From positions 4,548-68,547 of the forward strand of contig CAJQLX010000004.1 of the NCBI GenBank assembly GCA_905479265.1: a stretch of DNA of 64,000 bases, given 5' to 3'. This document shows, in pieces, positions 37,968 to 48,014 of the stretch; position 1 is the first letter of the stretch, and the number at the start of each line of letters is the position of its first letter. A model generated the notes under the pieces. The model saw only the letters and a program-made list of their open reading frames with translations, did not search any database and had not been told where the DNA came from. The stretch comes from an uncultured Alphaproteobacteria bacterium (GTDB lineage: Bacteria > Pseudomonadota > Alphaproteobacteria > UBA7985). The position numbers and the translations under genes are program-made.

Positions 37968-38656
37968 ACCCCCTGCTCATGCTGCCCGGCATGATGTGCG
38001 ACGGGCGGCTTTTTCAGCCCGTGGTCGATGCTTTGGGCCCCCGCCATCACTGCCTGACAGCCGACCTAAGCCACCATGACAATTGGCAGGCATTGGCCGC
38101 TGACGTCCTCACACGGGCACCTGCGCAATTTGACCTGATCGGGGTTTCGATGGGGGGCGGTTTGGCGTTGGAACTTTGCGCGCTGGCCCCAAGACGGATT
38201 GGCCGGGTCGTCATTCTCGACGCGAACCCACATGCCGACACGACCGAGCGAACACAGCGGCGTTTGGCGCTGCTCTCAGCGCTTGATGATGACGGCTTGA
38301 GCGCTGTCATGTGGCAGCATTTACTGCCCCTCTACCTCGCCCCGGGCAATCACGCGCCGGAGGTTTTGGATTTGTGCTGGGATATGGCTGAAGGGCTGGG
38401 CGAAGACGTGTTTCGGCGACAGACCAAAGCGCTGCAAAGCCGCACGAGCCGTTTGGACCACCTCTCAGCCTTTGAAAATCCTGTGCTCGTCTTGCGCGGC
38501 GCAGGCGACCAAATCTGCCCCGCGTCATTCCATACGGATATGGTTGCGGCGCTCCCGAACGCTCATTATCAAGAAATCGACGCGGCGGGACATTTGCCGA
38601 CACTGGAAGCGCCGATCAAAACCGCTAAAATCATTGCGAATTGGCTGAAAACATGA
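37964..38656 (+). CDS. Alpha/beta fold hydrolase
   Basis: PGMMCD, GVSMGG (Ser), GDQIC (Asp), AGHLPTLE (His). TTGA overlap with B1. Confidence 0.85.
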   Translation: MNPLLMLPGMMCDGRLFQPVVDALGPRHHCLTADLSHHDNWQALAADVLTRAPAQFDLIGVSMGGGLALELCALAPRRIGRVVILDANPHADTTERTQRRLALLSALDDDGLSAVMWQHLLPLYLAPGNHAPEVLDLCWDMAEGLGEDVFRRQTKALQSRTSRLDHLSAFENPVLVLRGAGDQICPASFHTDMVAALPNAHYQEIDAAGHLPTLEAPIKTAKIIANWLKT

Positions 38657-39366
38657 CCGATACCGAGCACCACACGGCCCTGATCGAGAAACTTCGCCAG
38701 TACGATACGCCCACAATCTGTAACGCCATTGAAATTGCGCAGGGCGGGCGTGGGTTCGATGCATTTACCAAGCGCACCATGCACAGTTCTGACCCCGCCG
38801 GGCCGCCAATTGTCGGTTTTGCCCGGACGGCACGCTTGCGCAGCAACACCCCGCCAACCGCACCGCTGGACGCGGTGAAGGCCTTGCGGATGCAGTATTT
38901 CGAATACATGGCCGACGAACCGCGCGCGAGCATCGCAGTCGTCGAAGACCTCGACGGCGACGCAGCGCAAGGCGCGTGGTGGGGAGAAATTCACACCGCG
39001 GTGCACAAAGGGATCGGCCTTTGCGGTGCGCTCACCAATGGCCTGATGCGTGACCTTGGTGATTTAGAGCCGGGCTTTCCGGTCATTGCAGGCGGCGTTG
39101 GGCCCAGTCACGCGTTCATTCACGTGGTGGATTTCGGTCAGCCGATTGAGGTCTTTGGGCTGAAGATTGCACCAGGCGATTTGGTGCATGCCGATTTGCA
39201 CGGCGCGGTGGTGGTTCCACCCGCGCTTTACGCCACACTCCCCGCTGCCATCGACAAACTGCTGACGCTGGAAACCTTCATTCTCGGCCCAGCGCGGGAG
39301 CCGGGTTTTAGTGTTGAGAAACTCGCCGACGCGTGGGCGAAATACGAGGCGCACCGCGCGCAATAG
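38653..39366 (+). CDS. RraA family protein (HMG/CHA aldolase-like)
   Basis: DTPTICNA, GAWWGEI, LTNGLMRD, PGDLVHADLHGAVVVP. ATGA overlap. Confidence 0.87.
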   Translation: MTDTEHHTALIEKLRQYDTPTICNAIEIAQGGRGFDAFTKRTMHSSDPAGPPIVGFARTARLRSNTPPTAPLDAVKALRMQYFEYMADEPRASIAVVEDLDGDAAQGAWWGEIHTAVHKGIGLCGALTNGLMRDLGDLEPGFPVIAGGVGPSHAFIHVVDFGQPIEVFGLKIAPGDLVHADLHGAVVVPPALYATLPAAIDKLLTLETFILGPAREPGFSVEKLADAWAKYEAHRAQ

Positions 39367-39368
39367 CC

Positions 39369-40268
39369 TTACCGCCGGAGTTTGGCTTCCAGCCGCTGCA
39401 GGCTTTGCAAAATCCCGTCACAGAGTTTTTCGGCAACGCCAGAAAGGCGCGTATCTTCTTTGTAAACAATGTTTACGGGAAAGCCGACTTCAGGGTCGAA
39501 AGGCAAGAACACCACCCGCTCGCCGGCATAATGTCCGGCAGATATGGGATCAACAATACCAATCCCGTTACCCGCCTCGACCAGCGCAATCACGGGTGCC
39601 GAGAACGACGCGAAGTTCTGCGCGCTTTCGCGGATGATCCGCCCTGCCTCTGGATCCGTTACGTAATCGGCCAAGTTATCGCCCAAAGAGATAAACGATT
39701 GCCCCACCAAGTCAGCAGCACGGGCCGTGGCCCGTTCCGCCAAAGGATGACCTTCGGGCACCGCAAGCATGCACGCCAGATCCACCGATCCGAAAACATG
39801 GAAATTGTCGCTGGGCACGATGTCATTACAAATCCCAAAGTCCGCCTTGCCCGAGGCCACGACCGTCTTGGTCTCGTGATGCTCGGCTTGGACCAAACCA
39901 AAACTCAAGTTCTCAATCTCTGCTCGCAGGGCGGCCAGTGCGTCGGGCACCACATGCAGGTTCACCGAGGGAATTGTCACCAAGCGCAGGGTGCTGTTGC
40001 CATAATTCCTGATCTGCCAAGCGCGGCGCTCAAGCTCCTCCGTGGTCATCAGAAACTGCTCAACATCGCGGAAGAACTGCTTGCCTTCGTGGGTCAAAGT
40101 CAGCTTGCCGCTTTGGTTGTTGAACAAGGCAAAACCGACCTGATCTCGCAGTTGAGCCAACAGACGGCTAACGGTCGGTTGGGACGTATTGAGACTGCGG
40201 GCCGCTGCCACGGTTGAACCCGTGCGGACAATGGCGGCGAAGGCCTCCACCTGTCGATGTCGTATCAT
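39369..40268 (-). CDS. LysR-family transcriptional regulator
   Basis: N-terminal HTH GSTVAAARSLNTSQPTVSR...GFALF...LT.EG, followed by a substrate-binding domain. Confidence 0.92.
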   Translation of the reverse strand: MIRHRQVEAFAAIVRTGSTVAAARSLNTSQPTVSRLLAQLRDQVGFALFNNQSGKLTLTHEGKQFFRDVEQFLMTTEELERRAWQIRNYGNSTLRLVTIPSVNLHVVPDALAALRAEIENLSFGLVQAEHHETKTVVASGKADFGICNDIVPSDNFHVFGSVDLACMLAVPEGHPLAERATARAADLVGQSFISLGDNLADYVTDPEAGRIIRESAQNFASFSAPVIALVEAGNGIGIVDPISAGHYAGERVVFLPFDPEVGFPVNIVYKEDTRLSGVAEKLCDGILQSLQRLEAKLRR

Positions 40269-40384
40269 GGGAATTGGGCCATATCAGTTCTGAATACCTT
40301 GCACCATATTCGAGTTGGCTTGGGCGAGCAATTTTGGTGAATGGTCGCATCCTCTCATCACCAGACCCAAGAGACCCCCTCGCC

Positions 40385-41467
40385 ATGACTCCTGACAGCC
40401 TGAAATCCTTTTTCAAGCCCTACAGCAAAGCGCTGGCCGACTTCGAACCCACGGCGGTAAAGGCCGTGATGGACGATTTATTCGCGCCCGACGCGACGTT
40501 TAAGGTGTTCCACCCGTTTGGTGAACTGTCAGGGCCGGACGCGTTCTTTGAGCAGTGTTTGCTGCCACTGCATGCGGCGATGCCGGACATGGAGCGGCGC
40601 GATATGATCGTGCTGGCGGGAACGACGGCGGAGGGGTTGGACTGGATCGGCTGCATGGGGAACTACCTCGGCACCAACCTTGCGCCATTCTTGAACGTTC
40701 CCCCGACCGGTATTCTGACCCACATGCGCTATCATGAGTACTTTCACGTTAAAGACGGAAAGATTACGGAAGTGCAGGTCATTTGGGATGTGCCTGAACT
40801 GATGATGCAGGCCAATGCTTGGCCGCTGGCCCCCCAACTGGGCGCGTTCCTGTGCACGCCCGGCCCGCTGAGTGGCGACGGCTTGTCTGCTTCGGGCGAT
40901 GGGCAGGCGGCGATCGACTTTGTGGTGAGCATGGAAACGGACCTGTGCCGTCACCCGGATAACCCCGACCCCCGCGTGATGAAGCTGGAGAAATACTGGC
41001 ACCCGCGCATGAACTGGTACGGTCCTGCGGGGATTGGCACGGGGCGCGGCATTGCAGGGTTCCGGCATTGGCACCAGATCCCCTTCTTACGCGGCATGCC
41101 GAACCGCAAAGTGGACCCCACCGGCGACCGTGAAGCGTCCGAAGAGATGTACGATCTGCATTCGCACTACATCGCACAGGGTGATTATGTCTGCGAAACC
41201 GGTTGGCCGAACATGCGTCTGACCGTTTCCCATGATGGTTGGCTGGGCATCGCGCCATCGGGGACGAAAATTGAAATGCGCAGTCTGGATTTCTGGCGGA
41301 TGGAAGACGGCTTGATTCGCGAGAATTGGGTCTTGATCGACATGTTGGATATTTACCGCCAACTGGGGGTCGACGTGCTGGCGCGCCTGGCAGAATTCAA
41401 CAAGGCCCGGAATCTGGGACGCGTGGACCTGAGCGACGGCATGGAAATGGTCGAAAAACGGACTTAG
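40385..41467 (+). CDS. SnoaL/NTF2-like tandem-domain protein, paralog C1
   Basis: HPFGEL, PDMERRD, PPTG..THMRYHEY, WYGPAGIGTGRGIAGFRHWHQIPFL, LDFWR...ENWV. Confidence 0.8.
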   Translation: MTPDSLKSFFKPYSKALADFEPTAVKAVMDDLFAPDATFKVFHPFGELSGPDAFFEQCLLPLHAAMPDMERRDMIVLAGTTAEGLDWIGCMGNYLGTNLAPFLNVPPTGILTHMRYHEYFHVKDGKITEVQVIWDVPELMMQANAWPLAPQLGAFLCTPGPLSGDGLSASGDGQAAIDFVVSMETDLCRHPDNPDPRVMKLEKYWHPRMNWYGPAGIGTGRGIAGFRHWHQIPFLRGMPNRKVDPTGDREASEEMYDLHSHYIAQGDYVCETGWPNMRLTVSHDGWLGIAPSGTKIEMRSLDFWRMEDGLIRENWVLIDMLDIYRQLGVDVLARLAEFNKARNLGRVDLSDGMEMVEKRT

Positions 41468-41520
41468 GCGCGACGTCGAAGGCCGGTTTCCCGTCATTAC
41501 GGGTCGTCCGTTCACAATTT

Positions 41521-41573
41521 TTGCATACGCATTCAAGAATCAGTTGCCAAGGCTCTAAACTCGCGTCTAGGCT
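41521..41573 (+). promoter_or_regulatory. LacI-type operator candidate TTGCATACGCATTCAA with putative promoter TTGCCA-N18-TAGGCT
   Basis: Imperfect palindrome with central CG, 7 bp upstream of a -35-like hexamer, in front of the ABC operon. Confidence 0.65.
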
Positions 41574-41612
41574 TTCAATTCGAACCCAATGCTACGAGGC
41601 ACAGCGAAAGCT

Positions 41613-42656
41613 ATGGCTGAAATTCAGCTCCGTAATCTAAGCAAACGCTGGGGCACCTTTGTCGGTGTGAACAGTTTCAACCTGACCATTCCTGATCGGG
41701 AATTTCTGGTCCTGCTTGGCCCATCGGGTTGCGGGAAGACGACCACCATGCGGATGATCGCGGGTCTGGAAACGCCGACCGATGGCGAGATCATTGTGGA
41801 CGGCAACCGGATCAATGAGCTTGAGCCCAAAGACCGGGACGTGGCGATGGTGTTCCAGAACTATGGCCTCTACCCCACCATGACTGTGCGCGAAAACATT
41901 CGCTTTCCGTTGAAGGTTCGCGGCGTTCCGCGGGATCAACATGATGCAATGGTCCACCGGGCCGCAGAAATGGTGGAACTGGGCGATCTGCTCGATCGAC
42001 TTCCCAAAGAGTTATCAGGCGGTCAGCGTCAGCGCGTAGCGCTGGCACGGGCGATTGTGCGCCAGCCGACTGTGTTCCTGATGGACGAGCCCCTGTCGAA
42101 CCTCGACGCCAAGTTGCGCGTTTCGACGCGTGCGCAGATCAAGAATCTGCAGCATGAGCTGGCCGTTACCACAATCTACGTGACGCACGACCAAATCGAA
42201 GCCATGACCCTTGCCGATCGGGTTGTCGTGATGAACCAAGGCGAAATCCAGCAAATTGGAACGCCGACAGACATTTACGACCACCCCGCCAATACCTTCG
42301 TCGCAGGGTTCATTGGCTCGCCGGCCATGAACCTTGTAAACGGTTCGGTCAGCGGTGGAACCTTCACTGGCCCGAACATCAGCGTTGAAGGCTTGAAAGC
42401 CAAAGATGGGCCCGTCACGCTGGGTTTCCGTGCTGAGGACATCGAAGTCGTGAAAACCGGCGGAGATGCCAAAGCCACGGTCTACTCCATGGAACTGCTG
42501 GGTGATGCCACACAAATCTCGATCCGTGCCGATGGCGCGATTTTGAGCGGTAAGGCACCCAAGGATTTCCGCGCTGAGATCGGCGATCCGATTGGCTTCA
42601 CGATCACACCAGAGGTTTGCCACTTGTTTGACGCAGAAACGGGTGCGCGGCTGTAA
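41613..42656 (+). CDS. Carbohydrate-type ABC transporter ATP-binding protein (MalK/UgpC family)
   Basis: GPSGCGKTT, LSGGQRQR, DEPLSNLD, FVAGFIGSPAMN, TOBE-like C-terminus. Confidence 0.95.
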   Translation: MAEIQLRNLSKRWGTFVGVNSFNLTIPDREFLVLLGPSGCGKTTTMRMIAGLETPTDGEIIVDGNRINELEPKDRDVAMVFQNYGLYPTMTVRENIRFPLKVRGVPRDQHDAMVHRAAEMVELGDLLDRLPKELSGGQRQRVALARAIVRQPTVFLMDEPLSNLDAKLRVSTRAQIKNLQHELAVTTIYVTHDQIEAMTLADRVVVMNQGEIQQIGTPTDIYDHPANTFVAGFIGSPAMNLVNGSVSGGTFTGPNISVEGLKAKDGPVTLGFRAEDIEVVKTGGDAKATVYSMELLGDATQISIRADGAILSGKAPKDFRAEIGDPIGFTITPEVCHLFDAETGARL

Positions 42657-42854
42657 CACAAATTTCCTGCCCGGCGCGCCACACAGTCAAAGACCACAAA
42701 ACGGCGGCGACAGGCAGATCACAGAATTCAGCCCGGCTTAGGGGGCGGACTGGATAGGGCGTCATTAAAGACGTGAGCGGGCAAACCAGCACTTTAACGG
42801 CGCTGGTTTTGGTCGATCACGGTTCTGGCGCGCTTCACTAAAGGGAGATTGAAC

Positions 42855-44048
42855 ATGAAAATGACCCGTATTGCCCTTGCGGCAACCACCGCTGCGCTGT
42901 TCAGCGCATCCTACGCCAACGCCTGTGCTGTTGACGGCTCAGGCCTTTCCATCTTGTCCGCCGCATTCCCTGCGGTTGAGGCTCTGCAAGACGAATCCGC
43001 AGCATGTGGTGCTGCAACGGAGCGTGACCAAGAGCACAAAGACAAGATCAACGCTGCACTCTCAGCAAACCCAGCTGTTTACAACGCTGTATTGGGTGCA
43101 AACAGCACCTTTACTTCCGCGAACAGCGAAGGTTTGGTTGCTTCCATCACAAACGTCCCTGGCGTTGCTGAACTGCCAACCTCGATGAAGGTTGAGCAGG
43201 ACGGTGAAGTTGTGGCGATTGCTGTTGGTGCAAACGCTCAGCACCTGATGGTTCGCGCTGACGTCCTCGAAGCAACTGGCATGGATATGCCAACGTCTTA
43301 CGAAGAAGTCCTCGAACTCGCTGATGCTGCTAAGGCCGCTGGCCTGATGGACTACCCACTGTCCGGCACATACGCTGCTGGTTGGAACCTGGGCGAAGAG
43401 TTCGTGAACATGTGGCAGGCTACTGGCGAGCCAATGTTCGTCAACGGCACGGAAGCAAACATCGAGAACGCTGCGGGTATCGCAACGCTCAACATGATGA
43501 AAGAGCTTTCCTCCCGCATGAACCCTGACTTCCTGACCTTCAACTCTGATGCTGTTCAGGCACAGTTTGAGCAAGGCTCAGCCGGCATCGCTAACCTTTG
43601 GGGCACACGTGCTCAAAAGGTGATCGACGGCGCAGCTGCGTTGGGTGTTGAAGTTGTCATGGGTTCCGCACCAACACTGGGCGGCGGTTCTACACCGGCT
43701 TCCACGCTGTGGTGGGACGGCTACTTCTTCGCGGCGAACCAGTCTGAAGAAGACCTCGCACGCGCTGTTGCTCTGGCCATTGATTCCGCTGACGCCGACA
43801 TGCTCGCTAAAGGCGACAACATGTCTTTGTTCGTTTGGATGATGGACAGCTATGAGGCGACTCCTGCGGCCGCTGGCGTATTCGCAACCGCTGGTAACGG
43901 TGTTCCAGCTTACCCAATGTACTCACACATGGGTAAGATGCACACAGCCCTGGGCGCTGAACTCCCTGAGTTCCTCAGCGGTCAGGAAAGCGCTGAGCAA
44001 GCTCTCGCTGACGTCGTTGCTGCTTACAACGCAGCTTTGGCTGAATAA
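42855..44048 (+). CDS. ABC transporter substrate-binding protein (carbohydrate family 1-like)
   Basis: Signal peptide (RIALAATTAALFSASYANA), NAQHL..R.D...P.SYEEV, TLWWDG. AAGGGAG RBS. Confidence 0.85.
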   Translation: MKMTRIALAATTAALFSASYANACAVDGSGLSILSAAFPAVEALQDESAACGAATERDQEHKDKINAALSANPAVYNAVLGANSTFTSANSEGLVASITNVPGVAELPTSMKVEQDGEVVAIAVGANAQHLMVRADVLEATGMDMPTSYEEVLELADAAKAAGLMDYPLSGTYAAGWNLGEEFVNMWQATGEPMFVNGTEANIENAAGIATLNMMKELSSRMNPDFLTFNSDAVQAQFEQGSAGIANLWGTRAQKVIDGAAALGVEVVMGSAPTLGGGSTPASTLWWDGYFFAANQSEEDLARAVALAIDSADADMLAKGDNMSLFVWMMDSYEATPAAAGVFATAGNGVPAYPMYSHMGKMHTALGAELPEFLSGQESAEQALADVVAAYNAALAE

Positions 44049-44075
44049 GCAGAACACACTGCTTAGACTTTAGTT

Positions 44076-44097
44076 GGGGAGCGCTTCGGCGTTCCCC
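44076..44097 (+). terminator. cUUCGg stem-loop after the SBP gene (mRNA stabiliser or attenuator)
   Basis: GGGGAGCGC-TTCG-GCGTTCCCC. Confidence 0.65.
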
Positions 44098-44185
44098 TCC
44101 CTTCTACGCCGGATTCAGCAGACAAACAGGCGGAATGCGTCCCGCAAAGCCTCCGTGCTGCCGAACAATCAGGTAGATCCAAACA

Positions 44186-45223
44186 ATGCCTCATCGCGCG
44201 TTCTTCGCCTTTCTGATGCCCAGCCTGCTGGCCATGGTGCTGTTTATCCTGCTGCCGCTGGTCAGCGTTGGATACCAGTCCCTGTTCTCGCCACCGCGAG
44301 ACATCGAAGTGATGTCGGAAATCTGCTCGACCAACTTTTTGACGGGCGTGCGCAGCTGTGAGCAGACCGTCGCGATAGAAAAAGTCGAAGGCCCAAATAT
44401 CTTTCGGGGTTTGGACTTTTTCTGTGGACGCTCTGTCCTCGCCTGCGATGAGCTGGCGACGGGGTGGGCGGAAAACACCCAAGGCTTCGGGCATTTTTGG
44501 TCCAAAACGGTCCTAAACCTGCCCCTTTATAAAGCGATCGGCTTTACCCTGTTTTACACCATCATCACGACGCCGTTCATTCTGGTGCTCGGGCTGATCG
44601 TGGCGCTGGTTGTCGATAATCTGTGGCGTCCGCTGCGAGGTGTGACGATCTTTGCCAGCCTACTTCCCTTTATCGTGACACCGCTGGTGGGGTCGCTGGT
44701 GCTGTTTTGGATGACGGACAACACGGGCGGTCTGCTGTACGCGATCACCAATGGTTTGGCCTTTTGGGCCGATGATTTTTCACTGCGAGCCAGTCCGCAA
44801 GCAACGTGGGCGGTGATTGCCGTCTATGGCGTGTGGCACGTGACGCCGTTTGCGTTTGTGGTCTTCTATGCAGGACTTCAGACGGTCAGCCAGGACCAGA
44901 TTGAGGCGGCCATGATCGATGGCGCCCCCCGGATTGACCGCCTGCGCTATGTCATCCTGCCGCATTTGATGCCGCTGATCACCTTTGTGCTGCTGATCCA
45001 CATCATGGACGCCTTTCGCGTTTTGGAGCCGATCTTTGGCTTCCAAGCCGCTGCGAATGCGCAGAGCGTATCCTATTTGATTTACGAGCACCTCGTCCTG
45101 CAAGCCGACAAGCGCTATGGCTCGGCGGCGGCGACCAGTGTTCTGACCATCCTGATGGTCTTTATCCTGTTGCTGCCCGTGCTGATCCGCACATGGCGCG
45201 ACTTCCGCGTTGCAGCACGATAG
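44186..45223 (+). CDS. Carbohydrate ABC transporter permease (MalF/UgpA family)
   Basis: LLPFIVTPLVG, AGLQTV....EAAMIDGA (EAA loop). Confidence 0.92.
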   Translation: MPHRAFFAFLMPSLLAMVLFILLPLVSVGYQSLFSPPRDIEVMSEICSTNFLTGVRSCEQTVAIEKVEGPNIFRGLDFFCGRSVLACDELATGWAENTQGFGHFWSKTVLNLPLYKAIGFTLFYTIITTPFILVLGLIVALVVDNLWRPLRGVTIFASLLPFIVTPLVGSLVLFWMTDNTGGLLYAITNGLAFWADDFSLRASPQATWAVIAVYGVWHVTPFAFVVFYAGLQTVSQDQIEAAMIDGAPRIDRLRYVILPHLMPLITFVLLIHIMDAFRVLEPIFGFQAAANAQSVSYLIYEHLVLQADKRYGSAAATSVLTILMVFILLLPVLIRTWRDFRVAAR

Positions 45224-45239
45224 AGGGGGAGCAGAGACA

Positions 45240-46109
45240 ATGACACGCAAACATCCACTCGCCCTTCTCATCCTCATTTACGGCTTTGCGGCCCTATGGG
45301 TGGTGGTCGCGGCGTTTCCGTTTATCTGGACGACATGGGGCAGTCTGAAGGTCGAAACCGACTTCTTTGGCCATTGGACCAAGAACCTCAGCGGTGTCGA
45401 TACCTTGCGCGAGTTCGGCGCGTACTTCACCTCGCTGGGCTATGATTCAGCGTTTTCTGAGAAAAAGCAGTTCGGCCAAGCGGTCGGCAACACGATGATC
45501 ATCACCATCTTTACGGTTGTGATCAGCCTGACGTTTGGCACTTTGGGCGGCTACGCGCTGGCTCGATCAACGGCGCGCTATGCGTTTGTGCTGCTGATTA
45601 TCGCCCTGATCTTCCGCGCGATGCCGCACATCACACTGGTCAGCGGGTATATGGAGCCGCTGTTCAGTTGGGGTATTTGGGGTGAGACGTGGGTGGCCGT
45701 GATTGTGCTGGTCGCCATCAACCAGCCGTTTACCATCTGGATGATGCGCAGCTTCTTTATGAACGTCCCGCGCGAGCTGGACGAAAGCGCGATGATCGAT
45801 GGCTGCAACCGCCTGCAAGGGTTTTGGCACGTGATCATGCCGGTGATGTGGCCGGGGGTAATCACCACGGGCCTGTTCTCTTTCCTGCTTGCCTACAACG
45901 ATTTCACGGTGACCAGCGCCCTGCTCAGCCAGCAGAATACAACCATGATCCCCCGGATCGCGGGCTTCCTTGGCTCGGCACAGAACGACGGGGATCAAAT
46001 GGCGGCGGTGGCGGCGGTTGTGACTGCGACAGCCCCGCTGTTCGTCCTGATTATGATTTTCCAACGCCAGTTGGTCAGCGGCCTGACCGCTGGCGCGGTA
46101 AAAGGATAA
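45240..46109 (+). CDS. Carbohydrate ABC transporter permease (MalG/UgpE family)
   Basis: GYALAR, VPRELDESAMIDG, AYNDF, SGLTAGAVKG. Confidence 0.93.
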   Translation: MTRKHPLALLILIYGFAALWVVVAAFPFIWTTWGSLKVETDFFGHWTKNLSGVDTLREFGAYFTSLGYDSAFSEKKQFGQAVGNTMIITIFTVVISLTFGTLGGYALARSTARYAFVLLIIALIFRAMPHITLVSGYMEPLFSWGIWGETWVAVIVLVAINQPFTIWMMRSFFMNVPRELDESAMIDGCNRLQGFWHVIMPVMWPGVITTGLFSFLLAYNDFTVTSALLSQQNTTMIPRIAGFLGSAQNDGDQMAAVAAVVTATAPLFVLIMIFQRQLVSGLTAGAVKG

Positions 46110-46116
46110 GCCGGCC

Positions 46117-46662
46117 ATGAAAGGTTCAAGACCCGAGCAAGCCTATTTGAGCAAAGACACGGATCTGTCCAAAACCGAAGAAACCCGCGCGGTGATTGAG
46201 GGCATGGTTGACGGTCTGAACGACCACCGCATCGACGACATCGGCGAGTTTTTCTCTCAAGGCTTCCGCTGGATGGGAAACCAAGGATGCGGCACTAAGA
46301 CTGGCTTGCAGGAGTTCCAAGACAACTGGCAGCGCCCGTTCCAAGCTGCGTTCAGCGACAAAACCTGCATCGACGAAGCGCGCCTGTTCATGGGTGAATG
46401 GGCTGCAGCCTTTGGCCGGCAGGAAGCGACGCACAGCGGGGAATTCCTCGGCATCGCCCCCACCGGCAAGCGCGTTGAAATCCGCTACATGGATTTCTGG
46501 AAAGTCCAAGACGGCAAAATCGTAGACAATTGGGTCAACGTCGATTTTGCCCACGTCGCCGCACAGCTCGGCGTCGATCTGTTCAAAGGGGAAGGCTGGG
46601 AAGCCTATGATAGCGGGGACCGAACGGCCCCTCGCCCACAACAAGACGAAGAAACACCATGA
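46117..46662 (+). CDS. SnoaL-like single-domain ester cyclase family protein, paralog D
   Basis: [37 protein letters not shown]. Confidence 0.87.
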   Translation: MKGSRPEQAYLSKDTDLSKTEETRAVIEGMVDGLNDHRIDDIGEFFSQGFRWMGNQGCGTKTGLQEFQDNWQRPFQAAFSDKTCIDEARLFMGEWAAAFGRQEATHSGEFLGIAPTGKRVEIRYMDFWKVQDGKIVDNWVNVDFAHVAAQLGVDLFKGEGWEAYDSGDRTAPRPQQDEETP

Positions 46663-47990
46663 CAGTGAAATATCTCAAACACGGCAAACCCGACGTAGAG
46701 CGCGCTGAAGACGACGCCAAAACCCGCCAGATTGTTGAAGCAACACTGGCCGACATTCAGGCCCGCGGTGATACGGCTGTTCGCGCGTTGTCCGAGAAGT
46801 TCGACGGCTATACGCCCGACGCCTTTCGCCTGACGCAGGCGCAAATTGACGACTTGATCGCGCAATTGACCCCGCAGGAGCTGCACGACATCAAATTCGC
46901 GCAAGAGCAAGTGCGCACCTTTGCCCAAGCGCAGCGCGCGAGCATGACGGATATTGAAGTCGAGACCATGCCCGGCGTTATTCTGGGTCACAAGAACATC
47001 CCGGTGCAGTCTGTGGGCTGCTACGTCCCCGGCGGCAAGTTCCCAATGGTCGCGTCAGCCCACATGTCGGTGGCAACGGCAAGCGTCGCTGGCGTGCCCC
47101 GGATCATCGCCTGTACCCCGCCCTTCAATGGCAAGCCAAACCCCGGCGTGATCGCGGCCATGCACTTAGGCGGCGCGCATGAGATTTACGTTTTGGGCGG
47201 CATTCAAGCGGTTGGTGCGATGGCGATTGGAACAGAAACCATTGAGCCGGTGCATATGCTGGTTGGCCCCGGCAATGCCTTTGTCGCCGAAGCCAAGCGC
47301 CAGTTGTTTGGACGCGTCGGGATCGACCTGTTTGCCGGTCCCACTGAAACAATGGTGATCGCGGATGATACGGTTGATGCTGAAATCTGCGCGACCGACC
47401 TGCTGGGCCAAGCCGAGCACGGCTATAACTCCCCGGCTGTACTGCTGACCAACTCTGAGAAGCTGGCGCGGGAAACACTGGTTGAGATCGACCGCCTGCT
47501 TGAAATCCTGCCCACCCGCGACACCGCATCCGTCAGCTGGGCTGACTATGGCGAGGTCATCGTCTGCGACACCTATGATGAGATGCTGGCGGTGGCCAAT
47601 GACATTGCCTCCGAGCACGTGCAGGTGATGACGGACCGCGATGACTGGTTCCTTGAGCACATGACCTGCTATGGCGCCCTGTTCCTTGGCGCGCGCACCA
47701 ACGTGTCCAATGGTGACAAAATCATCGGTACAAACCACACCCTGCCCACCAAGAAAGCAGGCCGCTATACCGGCGGTTTGTGGGTTGGCAAGTTCCTGAA
47801 AACGCACAGTTACCAGCGCATCCTGACCGACGAAGCAGCCACGCTGATCGGCGAATACGGCTCGCGGCTGTGCATGCTCGAAGGCTTTGTTGGTCATGCC
47901 GAACAGTGCAACGTGCGCGTTCGGCGCTATGGCGGGGTAAACGTCCCCTACGGCGAAGCCGCGCCCTATCGGAACCGACAGGACCAATAG
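46659..47990 (+). CDS. Histidinol dehydrogenase-fold NAD/Zn dehydrogenase (neither HisD nor HpsN)
   Basis: [31 protein letters not shown] (GDY in HisD), NHTLPT, EGFVGHA. ATGA overlap with paralog D. Confidence 0.85.
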   Translation: MTVKYLKHGKPDVERAEDDAKTRQIVEATLADIQARGDTAVRALSEKFDGYTPDAFRLTQAQIDDLIAQLTPQELHDIKFAQEQVRTFAQAQRASMTDIEVETMPGVILGHKNIPVQSVGCYVPGGKFPMVASAHMSVATASVAGVPRIIACTPPFNGKPNPGVIAAMHLGGAHEIYVLGGIQAVGAMAIGTETIEPVHMLVGPGNAFVAEAKRQLFGRVGIDLFAGPTETMVIADDTVDAEICATDLLGQAEHGYNSPAVLLTNSEKLARETLVEIDRLLEILPTRDTASVSWADYGEVIVCDTYDEMLAVANDIASEHVQVMTDRDDWFLEHMTCYGALFLGARTNVSNGDKIIGTNHTLPTKKAGRYTGGLWVGKFLKTHSYQRILTDEAATLIGEYGSRLCMLEGFVGHAEQCNVRVRRYGGVNVPYGEAAPYRNRQDQ

Positions 47991-48014
47991 AGAGCCAAAG
48001 ATAGAAATGCAGTA

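Noticed and set aside
46659-47990. Calling this gene (or 58797-60110) hisD
   Set aside because: Both have GDK instead of GDY and sit in catabolic operons with no his genes.
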